A DNA stretch of 64,000 nucleotides. Origin: Candidatus Shapirobacteria bacterium (GTDB lineage: Bacteria > Patescibacteriota > Microgenomatia > UBA12405 > BS750m-G30). The translations under genes were made by a program, and so were the position numbers. Under the pieces are notes generated by a model, which searched no databases, was not told where the DNA came from, and saw nothing but the letters and a program-made list of their open reading frames with translations. Of this stretch, positions 7,141 through 17,260 are shown one piece after another. The stretch is taken from the NCBI GenBank assembly GCA_043817235.1, contig JBDRHA010000008.1:112-64111 (forward strand). Reading direction: 5' to 3'. Numbering within the stretch: the first letter of the stretch is position 1; every line of letters begins with the position of its first letter.

Positions 7141-8985
7141 TTAACTCCTTTTTGCAACTTTAGTGATTATTTTTACTAAGAAAAAAATAGTTAAACTTAG
7201 GATAATTAAGCTGATAAAAACAAGCATTATTAGGCGGATTGACTGCTCGCTAGGACTCAGCTCATGAAGGTAAAAGATTTTTGAATCAGTTAAGCTGGCT
7301 AGTTTTAAAGTCGCATTTAGCTTAGGATTGAGCAAAAATTGCTGCCAAAAGGGATGAGCAGAAGCAGAAATTTTTTTAGTAGCCAGTGGAGCCAAAAGAT
7401 CAATAGTTTGATCGTTGAGCTGAATTTTTTTGAGAGGAAAAAAGCTATTGTTCTTTAACAATAAATAAGATTGCTTATTTTCTCTAACTATCCGAAGATC
7501 AAGCTTTTCTAGTAATTCTTGATCTGGAGGAAAAGGAACTTCTTTATTGGCTAAAGATACTTGAATATTTTTGCTGGTTGATTCACTGCTTTGGGTATAA
7601 GATCCGGGCGGCGGCGGAAAATCGCTTTGGGTTCCATGAATCACGAAAGCAAGATGATTAAAATCAAAGTGATCAAAGTAGTCTACTCCGCCGGTAGTTT
7701 TTTCCCAAGTGGGGTCAACCTGGATCCATTGTAAACGAGAAAAATCCCAGTATTCCGGCCAGGCGTGGAGAACATCTTTTTTTAAAGAAACCGGCTTTAG
7801 TTTTGGATTAGTGGTGTAAGCAAATCCCTCAATCTCTCTTGCCGGAATTTTTGCGGCTCGAGAAAGGGTGACAAATAAATCAGTAAATTCGCTGCAAACT
7901 GCTTGGTTAGGATTAGCAAGCGCAAAAAGCGCGCCAGATCGCAATATCGCTCCTCCACTCAGGGCTTGATAATTATAGCTTAAGTGAGAAACAACATATT
8001 GATAAATTTTATCGGCTGTTTTTAAGGATTGAGCCAGGTCAGTTATTTTTGGTGAGGAAATTGGCCAATATTTCTGCTCTTTTAAAAATAGATCTAGCTT
8101 GTCAGTTAAGTTATAAGAATCAACTGCCTGAGGAATGGCAAAGACCTTTGCCTGGCCTTCCACCAAAACCGGCAGGGTGTTTTTGGCCTCAACCAAATAA
8201 ATCGCCAGCCAGTTGCCGTTTTCATCTACCTCCACTCTTTCGGGCAAGGGTCGCAGGTCAGTTAAAAGTGTTTCCTGATAGTTGGTAATGGGAGGGATGG
8301 CCACTGAAAATTGCCATGTTTGGTCGTCCGGATTTTCTAGCTGGTAAGAAAGAGAGAAGTTAAAGCTTTGAAAGTCTCCAAAAGAAAGAATAGCTGGCTG
8401 GCTGGCAGATGAGGAGTCAAGGCTAAATTTTGTTTTGGTTTCCAGGGTTTCGGCTTTAGCTATCTTAACTGAGCTATAAGCAAGCTTTCCAAATGAGTTG
8501 GGAACAGTGATTGTGGTGGTTAAAGAATCAACGCTTCCTAGGCTTGAAAAACCGGGAAGGCTCACCTCCCAGACTCGTCCCTTGCGTAAAGCTGGATCTT
8601 TAAGCTGATATTTAATATTAAAAACAAAACTTTTTCCCTTGCCTACTATTTCTTGGTTAAAGCTAAGCCCTATTTTTGTTTTTCCGTCTTCTTCGCTAAC
8701 TTGTTTTAAGATATCTCCCTGCTGATCCCAGGCGGAAATATTGCTCACCTTCTGACTGGTCTCAATGATGTATTCTTTAGGATAAATATTAGCCATGTTG
8801 TTGGTAAGGGAAATTTGCTGGGAAGCAGTGACGAGGCCGCGATTATCTATAGTATAATCAATTTGGTAGTTAGTGTTAAACTCATCAATGGCCTTTGCCG
8901 GGCGAGAAAATAACAAGAAAAAAAAGAGAATTAGGGCAAGCTTTTTCATAGCAATATAATAACAAAATAATGACCGGTTAAACAT
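7141..8985 (-). CDS. Secreted transglutaminase-like cysteine protease domain protein with C-terminal TM anchor
   Basis: 614 aa; signal peptide; core AVCSEFTDLFVTLSRAAKIPAREIEGFAY ... HAWPEYW ... D matches the transglutaminase Cys-His-Asp core. Confidence 0.65.
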   Translation of the reverse strand: MFNRSLFCYYIAMKKLALILFFFLLFSRPAKAIDEFNTNYQIDYTIDNRGLVTASQQISLTNNMANIYPKEYIIETSQKVSNISAWDQQGDILKQVSEEDGKTKIGLSFNQEIVGKGKSFVFNIKYQLKDPALRKGRVWEVSLPGFSSLGSVDSLTTTITVPNSFGKLAYSSVKIAKAETLETKTKFSLDSSSASQPAILSFGDFQSFNFSLSYQLENPDDQTWQFSVAIPPITNYQETLLTDLRPLPERVEVDENGNWLAIYLVEAKNTLPVLVEGQAKVFAIPQAVDSYNLTDKLDLFLKEQKYWPISSPKITDLAQSLKTADKIYQYVVSHLSYNYQALSGGAILRSGALFALANPNQAVCSEFTDLFVTLSRAAKIPAREIEGFAYTTNPKLKPVSLKKDVLHAWPEYWDFSRLQWIQVDPTWEKTTGGVDYFDHFDFNHLAFVIHGTQSDFPPPPGSYTQSSESTSKNIQVSLANKEVPFPPDQELLEKLDLRIVRENKQSYLLLKNNSFFPLKKIQLNDQTIDLLAPLATKKISASAHPFWQQFLLNPKLNATLKLASLTDSKIFYLHELSPSEQSIRLIMLVFISLIILSLTIFFLVKIITKVAKRS

Positions 8986-9027
8986 CTTCTTGACTTCGGG
9001 TTTTTTTCGTGTTTCAATAAATTTAAT

Positions 9028-9648
9028 ATGCCGCCTGTATTATATCGACGCCAGCGTCAAATTCTAGATTTTATTAACCAGTATGTGGAAAAATTTGGCT
9101 ACTCCCCCACTTTAGGCGAAATTAGAGAGGCCTTAGGTGTATCTTCTTTGTCTACAATTTGCGAGCACCTGGATACTTTAGAAAAGAAAAAGATGATTCG
9201 GCGCTATAAAGGAGCGGTTAGGGGGATTGAGGTGCTGGAAAATGACGTTTCTTTAGGTTTGGAAAAGGGAATAGAAGTCCCCATTCTCGGCTTTATTGCT
9301 GCCGGTGAGCCGATCGAACCCCATACTGACCCAAATGCTTCGGTTTTAGTTCCTCAACAAATGGTATCCGGCAAAAAGCGATCCTTTGTCCTTCAGGTAA
9401 AAGGAGAATCAATGATCGAAGAAGGAATTTTACCTGATGACTATATTATTGTTGAGGAAAGAAGTGATGCTCAAGACGGAGATGTGGTGGTGGCTATTTT
9501 AGAAAATGGTTTTGCCACTTTAAAGAAATTTTTCCGAGAAAAAGATAGATTTAGGCTAGAGCCGGCCAACTCTCAAATGAAGCCGATCTTTGCCAAAAAA
9601 CTTACTATTCAAGGCAAGGCTATAGGTATTATTAGGAATTTTAGTTAA
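9028..9648 (+). CDS. lexA: LexA repressor (SOS response)
   Basis: 206 aa; N-terminal wHTH; S24 peptidase domain with catalytic Ser (VKGESM) and Lys (ATLKK). Confidence 0.8.
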   Translation: MPPVLYRRQRQILDFINQYVEKFGYSPTLGEIREALGVSSLSTICEHLDTLEKKKMIRRYKGAVRGIEVLENDVSLGLEKGIEVPILGFIAAGEPIEPHTDPNASVLVPQQMVSGKKRSFVLQVKGESMIEEGILPDDYIIVEERSDAQDGDVVVAILENGFATLKKFFREKDRFRLEPANSQMKPIFAKKLTIQGKAIGIIRNFS

Positions 9649-9823
9649 GTATTTTTATATAAACATGACTATAGGATGTTATTGGTTAAAAAAGTTTATT
9701 TTGCGAGCGGGAAAACCTCGGAGCTTGCTCCGTGGATGAAAGCTATAATCCTCGCAAAGCGAGCAAAAGAAGAAGCTGCGCAAGCCAGCTGCGCAGAGAC
9801 TTCATTTTTGATAAAATAATTTT

Positions 9824-10525
9824 ATGAAACTTAAAACAGATGATTTGATAAAAATTACTTACTCTGCTGTTAAGTCTATTATCGAACCGGGGAAAAGCAA
9901 TTCTCCCTTGCCTAAAAAAGAATCCCCTAACCGCCCGGAAATCTATTTATTTAGACACGGAGAAAGCAAAGATAACTTTCTTAGAGTTTTTAGCGGTTGG
10001 CGTGACAGTAGGTTAACCACCTTAGGAAAAAAACAAGCTCAGGAGCTTGCTAGTAAGCTTAAAAACAAACAAATTGATGTTTGCATAACGTCATCTTTGT
10101 CGCGTTCAAAAGAAACGGCAAGAATTGCTTTAAAAAGCAAGAAAGTTAAATACGAAGTTGATGACCGAATAATTGAAAGAAATTATGGAGACTTAACCGG
10201 TAAAAATAAAGTGAAGTTAATGAAAAAAGATCTTATCGGGGCAGTAAAATACCGCCGTTTTTATGACTTTCCGCCACCCAATGGCGAGTCTTTAAAAGAC
10301 GTGCAAAAACGAGTTTTCCCTTTTTGCCAAGACCTAGTAAAAAGAATAAGAAAGACCGGCGAAAATATTGCTATTTCCGCCCATGGCAACTCTATGAAAA
10401 TTGCTCGTCTATATTTTGAAAAACTTTCAATAGGCGAAGTTCTTGTTCAAGAAAATCCTTTAGCCCGTGATTACGCCGAATATGTTGTTGCCCCAAAAAA
10501 GATTTTGGTTAAGCGGTCAGGGTAA
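9824..10525 (+). CDS. Histidine phosphatase family protein (phosphoglycerate-mutase-like)
   Basis: 233 aa; LFRHGESKDN (RHG catalytic motif) and SAHGNS second His motif. Confidence 0.65.
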   Translation: MKLKTDDLIKITYSAVKSIIEPGKSNSPLPKKESPNRPEIYLFRHGESKDNFLRVFSGWRDSRLTTLGKKQAQELASKLKNKQIDVCITSSLSRSKETARIALKSKKVKYEVDDRIIERNYGDLTGKNKVKLMKKDLIGAVKYRRFYDFPPPNGESLKDVQKRVFPFCQDLVKRIRKTGENIAISAHGNSMKIARLYFEKLSIGEVLVQENPLARDYAEYVVAPKKILVKRSG

Positions 10526-11564
10526 TTAGCCGATTATATTTAGCGACCCGCTCGCCTCGTGCCGGGGCGCCAAATTTAACAAAATCGGCTCCAATAAATA
10601 GGCTTAAATCAGCAATCCAAGAATCATTAGTCTCTACTCCGCGATGAGAAACAATTGTTTTTAAACCAAGCTTTTGGGCAGTTTTTGCCGCCAAAACAGC
10701 CCCGGAAACTGTCCCCTGCTGATTGGGCTTAATAATTACTGCGTTAAAAAGCTTATCTTTAGCTCCTTTAATTATTTTATTTTTGTCAGTTACCGTTAAA
10801 TCATCAGCAATAATTAATAAGCGAGGATTCTCTTTATTAATAATTTGATAAAAGTCTTTCCATTTTTGAATTTCAGATTCTGCAAAAGGATCCTCCACGC
10901 TAAAAATTCTATTGTGTCGCACAATATTTAATACAGATTTAACACTAGGCGGGCTTTCATTTCCAGCAATATCCAAAGCAATTTTTTTTGCTCCCGCTTT
11001 TTTCAAAACTTTTAGAATATCTTCATCTTTGAACTCTTTAGGAGAAAAGCCCCCTTCTGTTCCCACAGTTGCAAGAATATTATGATTTTTCAGATATTCG
11101 GAAATTTTTTGGTAAAAACTAATCCCCTTCTCTATTTTATCTACCACTATCATAAATTCCTGAATTGTTAATTTCGGATTACCATGTTTTTCTCCTTCAA
11201 AAATAAGCATCATGATCTTGGGCATTTTTGGATTTGGTATTTTAAAATAACCTGCAGCCTTGGCAAAAGCGACGGAAATGGCCAAAGTTGCGCTACTTGG
11301 CCAGGAAAGATTGCTTAAAAGAACTTTGTCTAATTTCTCTTGATTTAAATCCGTTAGTTTAAGAAGTTTATTTTTAATCTGGCTTTTAATTATAGCCGAA
11401 GCTTTTTCCCCACCAATATCGGCTTTTTCCTGGGTTCCGATCGAAATTCCCTGAGGGACAGAAGCGGTTGCCTCCCTCTGGCTATTTAAAGTTATTTTGA
11501 CCTCCACCGACCAACCACTTTCCGAATTAATAATTGGCTTGGTATCAAGATCCACTATTCTCAC
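10509..11564 (-). CDS. eno: Enolase (short, divergent)
   Basis: 351 aa; C-terminal signature IVSHRGVETNDSWIADLSL...KFGAPARGERVAKYNRL matches the enolase SHRSGETED/KTGAPARSER region; adjacent to ppsA. Confidence 0.7.
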   Translation of the reverse strand: MRIVDLDTKPIINSESGWSVEVKITLNSQREATASVPQGISIGTQEKADIGGEKASAIIKSQIKNKLLKLTDLNQEKLDKVLLSNLSWPSSATLAISVAFAKAAGYFKIPNPKMPKIMMLIFEGEKHGNPKLTIQEFMIVVDKIEKGISFYQKISEYLKNHNILATVGTEGGFSPKEFKDEDILKVLKKAGAKKIALDIAGNESPPSVKSVLNIVRHNRIFSVEDPFAESEIQKWKDFYQIINKENPRLLIIADDLTVTDKNKIIKGAKDKLFNAVIIKPNQQGTVSGAVLAAKTAQKLGLKTIVSHRGVETNDSWIADLSLFIGADFVKFGAPARGERVAKYNRLITLTA

Positions 11565-13834
11565 TTTTTACCCTTAAGAACCTTTTTTTCCGCTTCAATA
11601 ATAATCTCCCGAGTCCTATCAATGGCATCCGGACTCACCGAAACACTGGTAATGCCCCAAGAAACTAGTTTTTCTACCAACTGCGCATAGTTACTGGGAG
11701 CCTGCCCACAAATTGAACTAGTGATTTGGTGTTTTTTTGCTAATTTAATTACTTTCTTTAAAGACCAGAGCACGGCTGGATTTCGCTCGTCAAATTCAAA
11801 AGCGACTTCACTATTATCTCGATCCAGCCCTAAAAGGAGCATAGTGAGGTCATTAGAACCAATAGAAATCCCATCTATGCCTACTTTAGCAAATTCTTCA
11901 AAAATAATAATATTGGAGGGAATTTCTACCATCAGCCAAAGCTTAAAACTCGGAGAGCGGGAAAGACCGCAAGAAGCCATTATTCTTTTTACCTGCAAAA
12001 GCTCGCGGGGAGTACGCACAAAAGGAATCATCATCCAAAGGTTTTTATAGCCTAATTTATTTCTTACTCGTTTAATTGCCTCAAGCTCTAAAGCAAAAAC
12101 ATCCGGAGAAGTGATATATCTTATTGCTCCCCGAAAGCCAATCAACGGGTTCTCTTCTTCCGGTTCGTATTTCTCTCCGCCCAGCAAATGGCGATACTCG
12201 TTTGTTTTAAAATCTGTGGCCCTGTAAACTACCGGACGAGGAAAAAATGCTTTGCAAAACTTGGCTATCCCCTGGCTCATTTTTTGGATAAATATTTCCT
12301 GCTTGCCATCGGCGATTAACTTTTTAGGGTGAACGCCAATATTGGCAATCATAAACTCTGCCCGCAATAAGCCAACACCGTCAATTTTTCTTTTAGCTAT
12401 GTTTTTGGCCAAGCCCGGCTCAGCTAAATTAATATATATTCTCGTGGCTGTTTTTTTAAATTTCTCTTTCTTTTTGGATGTTTTTTCTCTTGCCAGCCTT
12501 TTGCTTCCACCCTCAAACACTTCTCCCGTGCTTCCATCTATAGAAATCAGCTGATTATTTTTCAAAACCTTAGTAGCAATTCTTGCTCCTACCACGCAGG
12601 GAGTAGCTAATTCCCGAGAAACAATAGCCGCGTGGGAAGTTTGCCCACCTTTATCGGTAATTATTCCGTTCACTTTTTGCATTGCCGGAACAAAATCCGG
12701 GCTGGTCATTGCTGTTACTAAAATTTCTCCAGTTTTTACCTGGCTAACATCCTTTGGATCTAATATTATTCTCACTTTTCCACTTGCCCTACCCGGCGAA
12801 GCTGGCTCTCCCTGAAGAATCAGCTTTTGTTTTTTAGCTTCTAAAACATTTTTTTCTTGTTTTTCTTTTACCGTAGTAATCGGCCTAGTTTGAACAATGT
12901 ATAATCTGTTCTTTTCTAGGGCCCACTCCACATCCTGGGGAAAAAAATAATGTTTTTGAATAGCCTCCCCTATCTTAGCCAATTCAATTATCTGAAGACT
13001 GTTTAATTTTTGCATTTTCTGTATCCCTCTGGGAACCTTGGCTCTGATTGTTTTTTCTCTTACCTTAAGAAGCTGCCAAGTTTGCTCCTCAATGGTTCTT
13101 TTAATTATTTTATGGAATTTTCTATCTACCTGATAAGAATCCGGAGTGATCTGGCCCTGAACAATAGTTTCTCCTAAACCCCAAACCGACTCAACAACAA
13201 TAATATTCTTATCGTTAGTGACCGGATCAGCAGTAAACATTACGCCCGAAACCTCTGATTGAATCATCTTTTGGACCGGAACGGCAATACCCACTTTAAG
13301 ATGATCAAAATTATTTTTAACGCGGTAAAAGATGGCTCTAGGAGTAAATAAAGAAGCCCAGCAGTCCCGAACTCGATTAATCACATTTGCCTCTCCTTTG
13401 ATATTAAGATAAGTTTCCTGCTGGCCGGCAAAAGAAGCCCCTGGCAAGTCTTCGGCTGTTGCCGAAGAGCGCACAGCTACATAAGGATTTTTCAAGCCTC
13501 CCCATTTGCCTAACTTTAAATATGCCCGCATAATCTCACCGGCAATTACTTGCGGTACAGGGGAATTTTTTATGAGTTCTTTAATGCTTCGGGAGTTCTT
13601 TTCTAGCTCTTCAATATTTTCAACATTTGTTGACTCCAGGATATTTTTTATCTTATCTTCAATTCCTGCATGTTCGAGAGAATCATAATAGGCTAGCACC
13701 GAAACCACAAATCCGGGCGGAACAGGGATGCCCATTTTAGTCATTTCCCCTAAATTAGCACCCTTGCCTCCTGCTAAATTAATATCATTCTTGTCAATCT
13801 CGTCAAACCATAAGACATATTTCTTCTTTTTCAC
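11561..13834 (-). CDS. ppsA: Phosphoenolpyruvate synthase (pyruvate, water dikinase)
   Basis: 757 aa; N-terminal LAGGKGANLGEM ATP-grasp motif; phosphohistidine motif GGQTSHAAIVSRELATPCVVG; C-terminal PEP-utilising TIM barrel. Confidence 0.85.
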   Translation of the reverse strand: MKKKKYVLWFDEIDKNDINLAGGKGANLGEMTKMGIPVPPGFVVSVLAYYDSLEHAGIEDKIKNILESTNVENIEELEKNSRSIKELIKNSPVPQVIAGEIMRAYLKLGKWGGLKNPYVAVRSSATAEDLPGASFAGQQETYLNIKGEANVINRVRDCWASLFTPRAIFYRVKNNFDHLKVGIAVPVQKMIQSEVSGVMFTADPVTNDKNIIVVESVWGLGETIVQGQITPDSYQVDRKFHKIIKRTIEEQTWQLLKVREKTIRAKVPRGIQKMQKLNSLQIIELAKIGEAIQKHYFFPQDVEWALEKNRLYIVQTRPITTVKEKQEKNVLEAKKQKLILQGEPASPGRASGKVRIILDPKDVSQVKTGEILVTAMTSPDFVPAMQKVNGIITDKGGQTSHAAIVSRELATPCVVGARIATKVLKNNQLISIDGSTGEVFEGGSKRLAREKTSKKKEKFKKTATRIYINLAEPGLAKNIAKRKIDGVGLLRAEFMIANIGVHPKKLIADGKQEIFIQKMSQGIAKFCKAFFPRPVVYRATDFKTNEYRHLLGGEKYEPEEENPLIGFRGAIRYITSPDVFALELEAIKRVRNKLGYKNLWMMIPFVRTPRELLQVKRIMASCGLSRSPSFKLWLMVEIPSNIIIFEEFAKVGIDGISIGSNDLTMLLLGLDRDNSEVAFEFDERNPAVLWSLKKVIKLAKKHQITSSICGQAPSNYAQLVEKLVSWGITSVSVSPDAIDRTREIIIEAEKKVLKGKK

Positions 13835-13843
13835 TGTTTCATT

Positions 13844-14527
13844 CTAAAGGCTTGCTAGTAAATTAACAAGAGGAATTTCTAACCCTGCCGAAAGCAAACC
13901 TTTTTTCTGTTTATATTCCAATTCAATTAATTTAATATAAATATCAATAGTCTTTTTACAAGAAAGCTTCTTTGCTTGGGTAACAAGCTTTGCCTTTTGC
14001 CAATCAGGAAAATTACTTTTAAAAGACATAGCTAAAATTAAATTATGAAAATGCTTTTTTAAAAAATAAAAAGATAGCTCTGTTGGTTGTAGCTCAGCTA
14101 ACTCTCGCCAAAAACCAAACAGCTGTTTCTGATTTTGAGGAAAAACGCTCTCTAAAAATTTAAAAGTTAACCTAGGAAGAGGAAATTTAAATTCTTGAGC
14201 TTGAGGGAAGAATTTTAAAATATTTCTGAACCTAGAAGTTAACTGATCATCCCAAAAAATAACATTAGCTTTTGACTTAAGAAGGATGTTAAAAAGCTCC
14301 TTTTCCTGATCTTTCTTAAATTTCCTTAGGTTTTCCACTAGAAAAAGCTCTTTTCTTTCGATAAAACTCAAATTTGCTTGTTTGGCTCTTAAATCAGAAC
14401 AGCTAAAACCCTTACAGGAAATGAGCACCATTTTCCCAGATGGATTTTGGGCCAAAAATGATTCTCTTGTGCTGTTTAACTTTTGGCGGCTGCCAAAAGT
14501 ATTGTCGCCATGGATATAGTAAACCAT
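13844..14527 (-). CDS. holA: DNA polymerase III delta subunit-like (HolA-like)
   Basis: 227 aa; N-terminus MVYYIHGDNTF resembles HolA start (YLLYGEE); helical C-terminal half; weak. Confidence 0.4.
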   Translation of the reverse strand: MVYYIHGDNTFGSRQKLNSTRESFLAQNPSGKMVLISCKGFSCSDLRAKQANLSFIERKELFLVENLRKFKKDQEKELFNILLKSKANVIFWDDQLTSRFRNILKFFPQAQEFKFPLPRLTFKFLESVFPQNQKQLFGFWRELAELQPTELSFYFLKKHFHNLILAMSFKSNFPDWQKAKLVTQAKKLSCKKTIDIYIKLIELEYKQKKGLLSAGLEIPLVNLLASL

Positions 14528-14530
14528 AAT

Positions 14531-14794
14531 TTACTCCACTTTAAATACCGTATCTCCTTCTTTTACCGACTCATCGATTTTTAAACCAAATTCATCCTCC
14601 TTTTTTACCGAGTCAACACTTTCATGTTCAATTTGCATTGACTTAATTTCCTGAAAAACCTCATTGCCTCTACCGGCTATTTTAATTTTATCCCCTGCCT
14701 GGAGCTTGCCAGCGTCCAGTTTAATTATAGCTACTTTTATTTTGTCAAAAAAATGCGTTACTTTACCTATTTCTTCTTCGGCCATCAGCCTCAC
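14531..14794 (-). CDS. Hypothetical small beta-barrel protein (EF-Tu/IF2 domain-2-like)
   Basis: 87 aa; pattern GDKIKIAGRG...DEFGLKID...EGDTVFK resembles translation-factor beta-barrel domains; function unknown. Confidence 0.3.
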   Translation of the reverse strand: MRLMAEEEIGKVTHFFDKIKVAIIKLDAGKLQAGDKIKIAGRGNEVFQEIKSMQIEHESVDSVKKEDEFGLKIDESVKEGDTVFKVE

Positions 14795-14803
14795 CCCCTT
14801 TCT

Positions 14804-15301
14804 TTAAGGACATATTTCATAAATTATTTTAGCATGACAAACAGCAATTCCTAAAGCATCGGCTACGTCGTCAAAATGGGTCTTTTTTTTATTTGGTGAG
14901 CGTATCGATAGTATTTTTCGAACTGCTTTTTTCATCTCTTCTTTTTTTGCCCGCCCATTTTTAGCAATCACTGATTTTATTTTGGGAGGTGAGTACTCTA
15001 CAATATTTATTTTCTTTTCTACGGCGGCCAAGCGAATTACTCCAATTGCCTCCGATACTCGCATCGCCGTTTTTTGATTATTATAAAAAAGAAGCTGCTC
15101 AATCGCCATTACTTCCGGCATTTGCTTTTCAAGCAATCCCGTCATTTGTTTATAAATGCTTTTTAACCGCTTATTTCTTTCTTGTTCTTTAGGGGTGCTG
15201 ATCCAGCCAAAATTAATAACTTTAAACTCCAGCTTGGGGCTTGCTTCTATAACTCCAAAACCTGTAGTTGCCGTTCCCGGGTCAATGCCTAATATTTTCA
15301 T
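14804..15301 (-). CDS. ruvC: Crossover junction endodeoxyribonuclease RuvC
   Basis: Start set at MKILGIDPGTATTGFGVIE (RuvC N-terminal catalytic Asp motif); the longer ORF to 15400 would overlap tRNA-Glu. Confidence 0.85.
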   Translation of the reverse strand: MKILGIDPGTATTGFGVIEASPKLEFKVINFGWISTPKEQERNKRLKSIYKQMTGLLEKQMPEVMAIEQLLFYNNQKTAMRVSEAIGVIRLAAVEKKINIVEYSPPKIKSVIAKNGRAKKEEMKKAVRKILSIRSPNKKKTHFDDVADALGIAVCHAKIIYEICP

Positions 15302-15369
15302 TAATTTAAAGTTTCTTTGTTTACCATTCCATTGTAGTATAATTACTTGAAGATCACAATGTTTTCGTT

Positions 15370-15446
15370 GCCGCCATCGTCTAGCGGCCCAGGACGCCAC
15401 CCTTTCAAGGTGGAGATCGGGGGTTCGAATCCCCCTGGCGGCACCA
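15370..15446 (+). tRNA. tRNA-Glu (anticodon TTC), CCA encoded
   Basis: gccgcca-tc-gtct...ccacc-ctttcaa-ggtgg...ggggg-ttcgaat-ccccc-tggcggc-a-cca; close to canonical bacterial tRNA-Glu. Confidence 0.85.
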
Positions 15447-15457
15447 GTCTTAAAAAA

Positions 15458-16375
15458 TCAAGAAAGCTGATTCTTTACTTCCAAAATACTCTCTTCTAGA
15501 GTTCTTATTTGAAGCTTTAAAGCCGTTTTAATTTTTTTATTAGATAAAGCAAGGTTTTGATGCCAAGGAAAAGAGCCAGAGGTTTGTTTTTTCCGATATT
15601 CAGCCAATGATCCCTTTTTTACCAAGTGAGGCTTAAAACCAAAAATTTTAGCAATTATTTTAGCCATTTTATACGGCGACTGAAAACTTGAGCCAACAAA
15701 ATGATATACCCCTATGGGTTTTTTTCTAATTATTTTGGGCAAAGCCAAAGCGATATCATCAATAAGGGTCGGGGTCGTAATCTGATCGCAAAACATCGGA
15801 TGCAAGCTTTCTTTTTCCAAAGCCTCAATTATTTTTCTGACCACGTCTTTTTTGCCTTTAAAAGAGCTTCTAAAAGGATAAGCGATTCTAAGAATTGTGC
15901 TCGAGGCAGAGCTTTTCAGAATCGCCACTTCTCCTAAATACTTAGTTCTCCCATACCAATCTATCGGCTTTGGCTGATCTTTTTCCGTGTGCGCCCCGCT
16001 TTTTTGGCCATCAAAAATATAGTCGGTAGAAAAGTATATCAGATGTTTTCTTAGATTTTTACAAGCCTGAGCAATATTTTTTGTTCCCAGAACATTGATT
16101 TGATAACATTTTCCCCTTTTATCACCGTTTTCCTTCCAAGCTGATTGAACATCAGTAAAGGCCGCTAAATGCAAAACAGTTTTTGCCTGGGGATATTTGC
16201 TTAAAAAAGAAAATACTTTTTCTTTGTTTTCAATGCCTAGTTGAGGACGGTGGGGAAAATTAATAAAATTATAGTCGGGAGACAAAAGCTCATTTATTCG
16301 GGAACCTATTAGCCCCGTTAACCCGGTAGTTAATATTAATTGCTTGTTCAGTATCAGCCCGATTTTATCTTCCAA
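15458..16375 (-). CDS. rmlD: dTDP-4-dehydrorhamnose reductase
   Basis: 305 aa; Rossmann N-terminus (LTTGLTGLIGSRI), WYGRTKYLGE catalytic YxxxK region typical of RmlD. Confidence 0.8.
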   Translation of the reverse strand: MEDKIGLILNKQLILTTGLTGLIGSRINELLSPDYNFINFPHRPQLGIENKEKVFSFLSKYPQAKTVLHLAAFTDVQSAWKENGDKRGKCYQINVLGTKNIAQACKNLRKHLIYFSTDYIFDGQKSGAHTEKDQPKPIDWYGRTKYLGEVAILKSSASSTILRIAYPFRSSFKGKKDVVRKIIEALEKESLHPMFCDQITTPTLIDDIALALPKIIRKKPIGVYHFVGSSFQSPYKMAKIIAKIFGFKPHLVKKGSLAEYRKKQTSGSFPWHQNLALSNKKIKTALKLQIRTLEESILEVKNQLS

Positions 16376-16896
16376 AAATCTTTTTCTGTGTAAAAATCAG
16401 GTGGAAGGCGGTATTCATCTGATCCGTCAAACCAATTATTAACAAGATAGGTCATGCTTGCAGTATTTTTATAAGGGTTGGCTAACCCATGAGCAACACC
16501 CCGGGGAACATAAACCAGATGAGCTCGGCCATTGCCCAAGCTAAGGCGCATTTTATTATTTTTGGTTTCAGACTCTTGGCGAAGATCCAAGAAGCCCACA
16601 ATCACTTGAAAAGATGGGTGAATAAACCATATCTCATCTTGCTTGAAATGCAAATGCCAGGCCTTTAAAGTGCCGGGAACAACCTCTCCATAATTAATTT
16701 GTCTAATTTCAAAACCTTTAAGTTCAGAGGGATTGGATACTTTGCAATTTTTCGCCCGGATAATTTCCGAAAAGACACCGTCTTCTCCAGTAAACCTTTT
16801 AATCTCTAAAACTAAAACGCCAGAAATCGTCTTTAAAAAAGAATAGTCCTGTTTAGTTAATAACTTTTTGACTTCCGAAGTTAATTTAACCATCAA
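16354..16896 (-). CDS. rmlC: dTDP-4-dehydrorhamnose 3,5-epimerase
   Basis: 180 aa cupin; RGVAHGLANP and WFDGSDEYRLPPDF motifs of RmlC; overlaps rmlD by 22 nt (operon). Confidence 0.8.
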   Translation of the reverse strand: MMVKLTSEVKKLLTKQDYSFLKTISGVLVLEIKRFTGEDGVFSEIIRAKNCKVSNPSELKGFEIRQINYGEVVPGTLKAWHLHFKQDEIWFIHPSFQVIVGFLDLRQESETKNNKMRLSLGNGRAHLVYVPRGVAHGLANPYKNTASMTYLVNNWFDGSDEYRLPPDFYTEKDFWKIKSG

Positions 16897-16902
16897 AATT
16901 AT

Positions 16903-17214
16903 TTACTTTTTTTTCTTACCTGTTTTCGATCTTAGATAATAAAGCTTTGATCTTTTAGGTTTTTTTCGGGAATGAGAAACTACTTTAAAATTCTTAATCT
17001 GAGGAGAATTAAGAGGCACTATTCTTTCTACCCCAATCCGGTCGGCTGCTATTTTCCTTAGAGTGAGCGTCCTGCTTTCTCCTCGACCCCTGATCTTGAT
17101 TATTTTACCGGCAAAAGGCTGAATACGCTCTTTGCCTTTTTCTTTTATTAAGTATCCAAGAGCGACTACATCTCCCACAAAAAATTCTGTTTCTTGCCAT
17201 TTTGCTCTATTCAT
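16903..17214 (-). CDS. rplS: 50S ribosomal protein L19
   Basis: 103 aa; FFVGDVVAL...GRGESRTLTLRK...GVERIVPLNSPQI...KLYYLR matches bL19. Confidence 0.85.
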   Translation of the reverse strand: MNRAKWQETEFFVGDVVALGYLIKEKGKERIQPFAGKIIKIRGRGESRTLTLRKIAADRIGVERIVPLNSPQIKNFKVVSHSRKKPKRSKLYYLRSKTGKKKK

Positions 17215-17260
17215 AATGCTTATATTATCATTAATATACTTATATTATCCTAAACAAGGT

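Noticed and set aside
8986-9027. Looked for a LexA/SOS box (CTGT-N8-ACAG or GAAC-N4-GTTC) upstream of lexA and upstream of the island LexA-like gene
   Set aside because: No convincing palindrome of either type found; the operator for this lineage cannot be named from sequence alone.
9735-9821. 28-codon mini-ORF MKAIILAKRAKEEAAQASCAETSFLIK in the GC-rich palindromic region upstream of the histidine phosphatase gene
   Set aside because: No convincing RBS and no basis to call a leader peptide; the region is better described as a structured intergenic segment.
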